From Takakia lepidozioides (lineage: Eukaryota > Plantae > Bryophyta), in NCBI GenBank assembly GCA_030704615.1, contig CM060732.1:36270001-36334000 (forward strand): DNA of 64,000 nucleotides, in the 5' to 3' direction. Below the pieces are notes generated by a model. That model saw only the letters and a list, made by a program, of their open reading frames with translations, was not told the origin of the DNA and did no database searches. Of this stretch, positions 49,900 to 59,745 are shown piece after piece. The position numbers were made by a program, and so were the translations under genes. The stretch's first letter is position 1. Each line of letters starts with the position of its first letter.

Positions 49900-52070
49900 G
49901 GTCCACTCAAACAGAAAATGCCATCCTGGTTGTCTAACATGACAACTCCAGGTGTCACCATGGCGCGCTCAATGGCTGGCCTAGCTGGCAGCTCCATCAA
50001 CCTGGCAGCTGCAGCTTGCCATGGCGCCGCCGTGGCAGTCTTGACCCTCAAATCCGAGGATCCCTCCGGCACTACACCTCCCACTATCTCCGCAGAAGAT
50101 GAAGTAACCTCCCCACTCTCACAGAGTGTAGCTGCCAGCCTGAACACCTCAGCTGGTCTTACCCCCGGCGTCGCAATCATGGTAGCCGAGAACAATGGAG
50201 CCTGGCACACAGATGTGGCCGCTCCTAGCAGCACACTAGCTGCCGTAGCCTTGGCAACACTAGGTAGTGGTGCTACCCGTGTAGCTCTCCCCAATGGCAT
50301 AGTAACCTCCGCCTCGGTAACAGTCGGGCGAGAACTAGGTGCCATGGATGGCGTCGACACTGTCTCCGCCAATGTGAATGACTGAGGAAGCCTAGCCTGA
50401 CGGCTTGCCTCCCCACGCTGTGGATCCAACTCCACCTCTGCACCTCGTGGCTCAGGAACTCGTGCTGCTCCTCGAGTCACGGCTGCAGCAGACTCCACCT
50501 GCACTAGTGGTAGTGCTGCTCCACACATGAATCCCATGCCTCCCATATCTCCTCCCTCAGGAGCAGGAGGTGGACCATCCGGCCTTAGAGCCGGTACCAC
50601 CTGAGCTGTAGCCATGGCAGCGAGCCTCTGCTCTAGCTGCTGAAGCCGGTTGGCCATGCCTTGGTCAACACCCTGACCTCGCGTCCTTGGCCACGTTGAG
50701 CTTGCCCTTGGCCTGCACCTCGTGGCTGGCCACCTCGTCCTCTCTGGGCTGCTCCACCTCGCCCCCGGCCACCATTGTTCCCTTGGAACTGGCCTGGGCG
50801 CAACTCAGGATGCAAACCATAACACTGGCCTCTCCATGCCCGTGCTTGCCACAATGCCCACACTGCAACTGTGCAGGCTGTGCATGTGCCGGCCCTTTGC
50901 CTCCCTCTGGGCAATCCTTCTTGACATGGGGTCCTCCACATGTCCAGCACACCACATCCGCCCGTTGTTGGCCAGCAAATGAAGGGAGAGACCCCTGCAT
51001 CTGAGGTCCTCTCTGCCCTTCCCTGAGCTTCACCTGAGCCCCCTTGTTGCCTTGAGCACGTTGAGGTAGTGGTTGGCTAGGAGCACCACTACCCCGTGGT
51101 GTCTCCTTAGCAAATCCCACCATGACCACTCGTTCCTCCACCATGTTGAGCTCTATCCGCTCTGCCAGCAAAAACACATTTGCTAAGGTGGGTTGGGCCG
51201 CTTGTAGGAGAGTTGCATCCCGCACCCTTCTCCTCAGCTCCTTGTCCAATATCCCATACCAGAATTGGACTGCCTGAGCTTCCGTAACCCCTTGGGTTAC
51301 ATTTATCAAGCGCCTCATGCGAGTGAAAGCCTCCCTCAAGCTCTCGGTCGGCTTCCGTTGGAACTCTTGCAAGCTCCGCAACTTCTCTGTCCTCACCCCT
51401 TGGTAGTTCCCTCTCAACTCTTCGAAGAACTCCACAACAGGGTTGAAGGCAGGCACGGGTGCTAGTGCTGGTGCGGTAGTGGCTTGGGTGGACGTCGTAG
51501 CTACTGTACCACCAGTCCCACTGCTGCTTGCTGAAGCTGCCGGTGCAGCGGCAGGTGTAGCCACTGCCCTCGTGGCTCTAGTGCCCCTAGTGATGGAGAC
51601 ATAGTCGGGTGACCAGTACATCCTCCACTCCTCGATCTCAACCTCATGCCCCCGCCTGAACTCATGGTAATCATCCATAGGCGGCCCCTCAAGGTGCTGA
51701 AACAGCCCTTTCCATGCCATGAAGGCGTAAATAGTTGTGGATTGCGCATTTGCTGCAAATCACACCAACTATCAAACTCTTGGATAAAATCATCCAACTC
51801 GATGGTGCCCACCGCCCCAGAGTACCTTCGTGGCCCCTTGGTAGCTCCATACATCTCCTCCATTGTGTCCCACAACAATGGCAAAGAAACAACTTGCACC
51901 GCCGGTATGAGTCCTCCTGATTCACAATCCGAATCAGAACCTTCCGTGGAAGACACAGGAGGTGAAGGTGGCCTAAACCGCACACCTCGTCTCGTGTACC
52001 CACTAGTATCGCTAGTGCTCGAACCGGCACTGTCCCCAGCAACTAGTGGCACCTCCGTGTTGACACTCAA
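49900..52070 (-). pseudogene. gag: gag with two zinc knuckles and linker, frameshifted
   Basis: LDDFIQEFDSW, FQRKPTESLREAFTRM, CWTCGGPHVKKDC and CGHCGKHGH..C. Confidence 0.82.
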
Positions 52071-52804
52071 CCGGTCATGAACATGTCCCTAACCCCCTCT
52101 CCACAAGGTAACCGGGTAGAGAACCTGTTGCGGCTTATGGTTTGGAATACTAAGTTCCTAACATAGCCTACACCTGTACCTGCATCCACCGCAAGCACTC
52201 CTATGGTTGGCTGGTCATCACCTCCAACCTCACCACAGGAGAAACAATGATGGTCTGGCTGGTCATCACCCCAGCCTCACCATCGACAGCATGCTCTAGG
52301 ACTGGCCGGTGATCAAATCCGGACCAATCACCTATAAAAACAAGCGCCCACACAAAACTAGCATGGCGCACAGTCAAGCATGCAGGTATGGAGGGGATCC
52401 AAACACAAGAAATCAGAACGACAACTCCCCACACCAAAAACAACTCCACGGTGTTGCTCCTGCAAGGACACCCCAGCCCAAACCCGGACTGACTCTTGCC
52501 TCCACCTACGGAAAGGTCTTGGCCTAATGAGAGGGTGGAAACTACGAGGAAGAGAAGCTAAAGCAATGCCTAACCCCAGCATGCCTCATCCCAACACTCT
52601 CCTCTCCTCTCTTCCCACTTGCATGACCATGGGAATATCATGAAGATACTCCTCAAACCGCCCTCCACGAGCTTCAAAATTCGGCCTTCCAGACCACATG
52701 CCAGTCCTTAGGCAGTCCACCAGTGCCTCCACGAGTCAGCACAGGCCGTCCACAGGTCAACACGGGCCACCACAGACCAGCACAGGCCCACACAGCTCAC
52801 TGGT

Positions 52805-53490
52805 CGTCACAGTCCCACAGGCCACTGGGCACAGCCTGTCACAGCCCCTCACAGCCTGTCACAGGCCTGTCACAGGGCCACAGTCACAGTCACAGCCTAG
52901 CCAGCACAGCCCGTCACAGCCCCAAAGGCCTCACATTACATCACATCACAGCCCGTCACAGCCCCTCCGTTTGTTTCACAGCCTGTCACATCCATCACAG
53001 CCCGTCACAAAGGCCTCACGGCCTGTCACAGCCCTCACAGCCCCTCACACATACACAGCCCGTCACAGCCCCACAGGGCACAGGGCACAGCCTGTCACAG
53101 CCCCTCACAAGCCCGTCACAGCCCCAAAGGCCTCAGGCACAGCCTGTCACAGCCTGTCACAGCCCCTCACAGCCCCAAAGGCCACTGGGCACAGCCTGTC
53201 ACAGCCTGACACAGCCCGTCACAGCCCCACAGGGCACAGGGCACAGCCTGTCACAGCCCATCACAGCCCATCACAGCCTGTCACAGCCTGTCACACAGCC
53301 CGTCACAGCCCCACAGGCCACTGGGCACAGCCTGTCACAGCCCGCTCACAGCCCCACAGGCCACTGGGCACAGCCTGTCACAGCCGCGTCACAGCCCCAC
53401 AGGCCTCAGGGCACAGCCTGTCACAGCCGCACAGCCGTCACAGCCCCAAAGGCCACTGGGCACAGCCTGTCACAGCCTGACACAGCCCAA
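52805..53490. repeat. Degenerate ~10-11 bp tandem repeat (CACAGCC(T/C)GT) in the retrotransposon 5' leader
   Basis: Dozens of CACAGCC units. The two ORFs spanning it are repeat artefacts. Confidence 0.9.
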
Positions 53491-54487
53491 GCTGTGCCAC
53501 AGCCATACAGCAGAATCAGCTCCTTTGCTTCATTTCTTGCACCCACAAACTGATAATACAAGCTTCAGCAGGCTGAAAGCCATGCTCTACATGCCCTACA
53601 GGGAAACCAGCCCCTTCCTTCCTTTCTTGCACTCCCACACTAAAAGTGCAAGCCTTCACCAGGCTGATAGCATGCTCCACACATACATTGCCCTCACATA
53701 AGGGAAGTCAGCCCTTCCCTCTTCCTTGCTTGCCCTCCAAGCTTGAAGATGGAAGCTTCAATGAGCTGAATACATGCTCCACACATGCAACCTCTTCACA
53801 CAAGAGATATCAGCCCCCTATCTTGGCTCCTTGGCTCCTTGATGCTCTCTATGAACAGACTAAGCACTCCATAGCCTTTGCCAAGCTCCTGAAACCCTAA
53901 GGCTTACATTTCCAGCCACAAGACACTTCTCTTTGTTGCAAGAACTCTTCTTCCAAGCTCTAAACCCTAGGTGCACATTCCATGGCCTTGCCGCACCTCT
54001 TAGCTCCTGATCCAGCCCTGCTCTTGCCATGACAAGAGCCCTCTCAATGCTGAAGCTCGAGATTGAAAACCCAATCTCACCATACTCCACAAAGTGCACA
54101 CTGATTTGCCCCAAGCAAAATCAGCCCTTTCGCTTGGTCTTGCAATCCTTCACACAATGAAAGCTCGCATTCCAAGTCCAGTTCTCAGCTTTGCCACCAA
54201 AGCCACTATAACCTGCTCTTGACTGGTCCTCTTCCCAATCGTGCTTGCTCATGCATGTACACAATCTGGAACCATCAAGGTGCTCTGGAATTACCTGCAG
54301 CATGGTGCTTTTCATCTCTGAAGCTGAAGATCGATGCCAAGGTCTACCACCTCGTAACCCACATCGCCTCCGCTTCTAACAACTAAGAGCTCCACGGTGC
54401 TCCTTGCATAACAACTTGGTTTCTCTCATTCTCAAGCAAAAACCACAAGTGCTACAACTAACTCGTATCTAGCACTCATAGATACGA

Positions 54488-54503
54488 GCTCATCTTTCTC
54501 GAG
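54488..54503 (-). other. Primer-binding site complementary to the element's own terminal repeat (self-priming type)
   Basis: Plus-strand GCTCATCTTTCTCGAG abuts repeat B' and is the exact reverse complement of CTCGAGAAAGATGAGC at 54669-54684. Confidence 0.78.
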
Positions 54504-54839
54504 TGATAAAGAAGAAGAATACAAGCACGAGCTCATGCGAGCTCACAAAGCTGAAGCATAAACTCATGCATATATAACCTCATCACTCAAATACAAGTCA
54601 AGCCAAGTGCACCCCACGCCATGGGGAATCCACACTACGGCGCCATAGCTAGGCGCGGTGAGGCTCAACTCGAGAAAGATGAGCCTCCCCCGCGCTTGCC
54701 GTGAGATAATACCACTCCACTCCAGGGTCCTAAATCTGCTTTGACCCCTGGATTGACACTTGGGCCAATCCCAAATGTCAATATGTAAAAGCTAGCTATT
54801 TCCTAGCTAGTTTCACACTAGTGGTAAAATAACTTGACA
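54504..54839 (-). repeat. 5' terminal repeat B' (half-LTR only)
   Basis: Matches 44015-44341 with a few substitutions and indels. No A segment on either side. Confidence 0.95.
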
Positions 54840-55029
54840 CCTTCCCTGCCATGCAAACTATGGGCAGTCAGTGCCAGGTGGGCCTATAGCCACTTGAGAC
54901 GACGAAGTCCATTCCCCTTTCGATGTAAATGCGGCGCCGAATTTCCATCCGGGGGATGGACTTCAGTGACAGATTTCAAACTATACCCCGTGGATGAGAA
55001 AGAGGTATTGGTTCATCCACCGCTGGCGT

Positions 55030-55765
55030 GATGAACACGTTACACGATGATTGGTGGGTACGTGGGACCCAGATGCTCCATTGTTGGAGCCCGCCCTGCT
55101 ATTCCGCTTCTCATTATTTCGAAAATCTAAGGGCTTCGTTGCTGTCCGCAAGGTCATTGTCATCGGCATCAAAGACGTCCTCAGGTCCTCTTTTGCAAGG
55201 ATGCCGTGCTTCCGGAACCGGGACGACTGCCCTTATGAAGGCTTCGATTATGCAATGTATTCGGCCACATCGGGAGACATCGTTATCTGGTACACAGTTT
55301 ACACAGAAGATACTGGTTCGAATGTGGAAACATTGTCCGCTTTTGAGTATATCCATCCCAGGCCACTACGCCTTCGAGCGGGGTGACGATCTTGGTCTGA
55401 GGAGTCCGTGGCTCCTGCGCATCCTTGATTCCGATTTTCCCAGCTACGACGGGCACCCATGCAGAAGAATGCGCACTGCTATCTGTTGCGGTGGAACTGC
55501 TGCCAGTGGACTTGGGTGGACTCCATCGGAGAGACGTATACTCCTGAAGGAATGCGCTCCTCTTCTCCATTGTATGGGGACATTCGCATTGGTGTGGACA
55601 ACGAAAACGTGAAGCTTTCCATATTCGATGGTGGTATGATTGAAGGGCACGACATTGTGGTGAACATCAACAAGGGCGGTACAACGGCTGCAATCCAGTT
55701 TACCTGGAGGAGCCCGATGACTCATAGCTAGTTCTCAGAGCAGTCGAAGTCCCATTGACAACGTG
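55030..55765 (+). pseudogene. Orphan cargo gene B of the MULE (paralog of 43048-43690)
   Basis: DCPYEGFDYAMYSATSGDIVIW, RWNCCQW, YGDIRI and FDGGMIEGHDIVV..LVLRAVEVP across frameshifts. Confidence 0.6.
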
Positions 55766-57033
55766 ACTTGTATTCAGAAGGCACAGGGCTAAAGATTTGT
55801 TTGCACAATCATCACAGTAGACGTGCTTCAAATGCAATTCATGTGGATCAATAAAAACCCCAAAGTGCCGTCTTTTTGTTCTATTCTGTATCCATCGTTC
55901 CCAGAATGCATCATTCTTCATTTCGTTTGGGATTGGGAGTGTGGGTGGATTTTGCAAGTGGCTGGTAGACTGAAATGGGCCCCCATTGTACAGAGCAGTA
56001 TCACCCTACCATTCGCGAAACATTGCCTTTCAATATGTAATTCTAAAAAACATTGCCGAACCTCCTTCATCGGGAGGTCCTTCTCCCCCTATGACCATGA
56101 CACCCTAAACCCTATTCCCGCGGACACCCATTTCCGGAAAATATTCCTGCTCATGTTTTTTACGACACTTACGACTCTGCTCATGGCTCATGCCGCTCAT
56201 GGCTCATGAAATAGCAGCCCCTGGTGTTTCATTCAAATCATCTTAGGAGTCCTTCAGCTCTCTGATGTGTAAATGAGAATTATGTCAAAGGTTGCAAGTG
56301 AATTTTTAATTTGAGCTCATGCCCTATTTGCAATAATCTCAAGGACTAGTTAAAGCTTTGTGGAATGTTCTTGAAATGTGGGTGCCCTGTGGGTGCAAGA
56401 TTAGTAAGATTCTAGAAAGTAGTTCTCAAGAATACACATGCCACCCACGCTGCAAACCAAGTCTAGTTGATCCTCCAAAACAATGGGCAGAAACTTCAAA
56501 TCATTGAGGCCCAGTATGTTTGAAACTACCATGTATACATTTGCATTGATTTGGATCTGAAACAACACGTAATGTAACAGTGTACTACCTCATCGAGGCC
56601 CAATATATTTGACAGACATTTACAACCGATCATGAGTCCTATCACGCAATTAAACAGACTTAGCTCGACAACATTGAAAGTAAAAATAGAATTTATAGTC
56701 TGTCAATATTGAGTAAATATTACACATTTCAGCTGGCATATGCTGCCCGCACAAGGTATACACGTAGAAGTCCTGTAGAATAGATAACACTGGTGCCACC
56801 TCCTACAGTCATGACAAGTTCTAGCATCTGGCAGAGAGAGAGAAGATAGAAATAAGAAGAACAACCAAATTACTAGATAGGCATCTTCATCAAAGAAGTG
56901 CAAAGATGCAGTGAGGCAACTTATTAGAGGCAAGTCCAGGAGAACACTAGTACTAAATTGAGCAACTAACGATGGCATTGCGCCAAGCTAGTACATGCAG
57001 GCGGCTTTACGAACTGTGACATTGTTGCAATCT

Positions 57034-57924
57034 TCAATCAGTCAGTCTTCGGATGCATGTCTTGGTAATCAAAATCCTCAAAGAGCACTTCTTTGCTTCT
57101 GTCACCTTCTCTGGAATACAACCTGATGCACCATCTAATTCTGTCACCTTGCATCCACCGGCTTCTGTGACGTTCCTTGAAGTGCAACCTGCTACGCCAA
57201 CCAATTCTTTCACCTTGCAGGATCCACCGGCTTCTGTCACCTTCTTTGAACTGCATCCTGCTGCACCGACCAATTTTTTCACCTTGCAGCATCCACCGCG
57301 GGCTTTGGTCACCTTCTTTGAACTGCAACCTGCACCAACCAGTTCTTTGATCACCTTGCGGCATCCACCGGCTTCTCTCACCTTCTTTGAACTGCAACCT
57401 GCTGCACGAACCAATTCTTTTACCTTGCAGCATCCACCCTCTTCTGTCACCTTTGAACTGCTACTTGCTGCATCAACTAACTCTTTCACCTTGCATCCAC
57501 CGGCTTCTTTCGTTTTCTTTGAAGTACAAGGTCCTGCTGCACCAACGTCCAACTCTTTCACCAGATTTGACGTGTAACCACCAGCTTCAGTACTCTCTGT
57601 GGAAGGCACCTGTCTCGGGTTGCATCCCACTCCAGACTCCGAATCCAGAAAAGCCAAAAAAGCGTAATCACGAGAACGTCTCAACTGCTCCACTCTTGTT
57701 TGAAACGAAGGACGTTGGACTGGTGGCGAGAGCTTAACCCTCTTAGACTCTCCCCCTTTGATCGCAGATTTGGAGATTTCTTCTGACAAGAGAGGACGCT
57801 TCCTACCCATAGCTGCGAGCTCACGCTCCTTGGTCATGCCGCTTTTTGGCAGATTGCCCACGTTAGCCTCTGGAGCTGCTTCCCACAACCAAGTCAAATC
57901 CCGCAAATACTCTTGTTTCCACAT
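57034..57924 (-). CDS. Hypothetical protein with ~7 Cys/Lys-rich 21-23 aa tandem repeats
   Basis: Open frame with repeats of the form VTEAGGCKVKELVGAAGCSSKK, a basic N-terminal half (GRKRP, SKRVK) and a non-repetitive end LRILITKTCIRRLTD. Confidence 0.5.
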   Translation of the reverse strand: MWKQEYLRDLTWLWEAAPEANVGNLPKSGMTKERELAAMGRKRPLLSEEISKSAIKGGESKRVKLSPPVQRPSFQTRVEQLRRSRDYAFLAFLDSESGVGCNPRQVPSTESTEAGGYTSNLVKELDVGAAGPCTSKKTKEAGGCKVKELVDAASSSSKVTEEGGCCKVKELVRAAGCSSKKVREAGGCRKVIKELVGAGCSSKKVTKARGGCCKVKKLVGAAGCSSKKVTEAGGSCKVKELVGVAGCTSRNVTEAGGCKVTELDGASGCIPEKVTEAKKCSLRILITKTCIRRLTD

Positions 57925-58435
57925 GATGCAGCTGTGCACAATCTTGTTCCTGGCGCACACCGCCCAACCCAATAAACTAGAACAGTACGCCCACAGTACA
58001 CACACAAACTGCAGTGCGAGTGAGTGAATCAACGAACACACCTGCAGCGCTAAACCAGAGCGTGCAGAGAGAGAGGTGCGAGAATGAGATGAGGCTCGTT
58101 TACAAGTCATACTTGTATGTTTCCCAAATCTGTTCTCCTATTTTTATGCTCATCTACTTTTCGCATACCTTTTGCTTAATTTGCGTTTACCTCCTTTTTC
58201 ATACATACATGTCCACAACCTGCTTTTCCTCATTTGGGTGTTGACACCCAATTTGGTCTAATTACGTGTCCGCACACTAACTCGACGCTTCGGACATGAC
58301 TGAATCAGTGAATGTGAATGCGTGAATATTCCACTTCACATCCAAAACACTTCTAAGATAATTTAAATCACATCGATTGAAGCTCTAGACTCCTGTAGGC
58401 ACCCTTCTCAATTCCCCCGATCTACTTTCTATGCC

Positions 58436-58708
58436 ACTGAACACTTCTTCTTCTACTGCCCTCTATACTACGAGATCCGTGGGAGATTCCACTGTTTATT
58501 CAGTGGAACCCAATCTCTCACTGAAGTCTTCCAATAGGAGGATCAAAAATGCTTGGCAGCCTACCTGCAGGAGGCCTTCACCCTTAGACAATCGCTAGAA
58601 CATTAATTGTTATTCTTGGTTTCTGGATTTGTTCCTCTCATGTTTTCTGCCATTTTGTCCCATGAGCTTTCCGTGGACGTTATAAAGCACCATTTCATTT
58701 CATTTCAT
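58436..58708 (+). mobile_element. 5'-truncated LINE (ORF2 C-terminus, 3' UTR and (CATTT)n tail)
   Basis: TEHFFFYCPLYYEIR (end of a CCHC-type motif), a tandem CATTT tail and flanking TATGCC at 58430-58435 and 58709-58714. Confidence 0.72.
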
Positions 58709-59299
58709 TATGCCTTCTTCTCCCTTGCCCTGTTTCAAATCATCTCACCAGTGCTTGGGCCCGGAACTTGGAAGCTTTTGGCTTTACTAAAAAGTTCTCT
58801 AGGCTGAAGGATTCTTTAGGACTTGAATCTATCAAACCATTCAGGGAGAAAAACACCCGCTTGGAGTCCAGAGACGAGAAGGCACAGGCTGCAGAAAGAG
58901 CTACTGACTATTCATTATATTTTTGAACGAAGAACTCTTATCATTTACCGACTATGCATGGTCCAATCCCAATATTGGCTTCTCAAAAATCTGGTATGTT
59001 CTGAATTTGAATTTGGAAGCAGGAAGGACGAAAGATTGCAGCAGTGTGTAACAGGGCAGGGATGGCACTATTAAAATACTCTGGGCAACTGCTTGAAAAC
59101 ATATGCAGACGTTATGGGACAATTGTCGAGACCTTACTTCTTTGATGGGAAGAGAGTGGTCAGGTCTTATCCCTCCTGAAAGGTGAGAATGGAGCAGTGA
59201 AAGGTAAGACCAGTACCCACACCCCCATTTCTCATATGGTGTGTTCAAAATTGGAGTAGAATCCAGGTTAACAACTTAGCAAAAACCAGTGCACAGCGT

Positions 59300-59745
59300 T
59301 TCATCACTATTTACATCAGTTGGATGCAAGACACACTCTACTGCTGCAATACCTGCACTATCTGACTAAACTTCGTTTTGAATTCAACAGATTTGTAGTG
59401 TCACTATTGAAAAGAGACTTTAGGGACCAAGAAAGCTCGTTCCACTACTTTGGGCCAGGACATGAGACTCAACAAATTAGTGTCGACCATTGGACCACAT
59501 CACATCATTGGGTCTTCAGTAATATTACAGTGCCAATTTGTGCAGTGAGTGTGACTTGAAAAGGCCATGAGCAAAAACCACTGGTGGTCAGATTGGGTTT
59601 ATGGTCCATGTCAGAATACTGGCCAAATGAGCACATTTGTGTTGTTGTGCAATACAAGTGTTTCCACATGTTTGATGTGTCTCCTCAGAGTCTCCAGCAT
59701 GCCCTAACTGGACAGCGCTCCCAGAAGTCGAATGAATTCATGCAT
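59300..59745. repeat. ~430-bp dispersed duplicate, copy 1 (copy 2 at ~61570-61985)
   Basis: Collinear similarity from CATCACTATTTACATCA to GGACAGCGCTC. Confidence 0.85.

Larger units (their letters stand above)
43826..54839 (-). mobile_element. Ty3/Gypsy retrotransposon with DNA cytosine methyltransferase and PHD finger; split/permuted terminal repeats
   Basis: Ends TGTC...GACA flanked by 4-bp TSD CCTT (43822-43825, 54840-54843). Order on the minus strand: gag, PR, C5-MTase, RT, RH, INT, PHD. Confidence 0.93.
30271..56222 (-). mobile_element. Large Mutator-like (MULE) DNA transposon, ~14.9 kb without the nested Gypsy element
   Basis: 9-bp direct repeat GGTGTTTCA at 30262-30270 and 56223-56231. 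Short imperfect TIR (core CTATTTCATGA / TCATGAAATAG). Subterminal CATGAGC arrays in inverted orientation at the two ends. Internal MULE-type transposase. Confidence 0.82.

Noticed and set aside
52698-53553. 260-276 aa ORFs
   Set aside because: Products of a stop-free minisatellite, antisense to the element.
43826-54839. DIRS/PAT/Ngaro tyrosine-recombinase retroelement
   Set aside because: Split repeats fit, but the element has protease, Gypsy-type RT-RH, a DDE integrase, TG..CA ends and a TSD, and no recognisable YR ORF.
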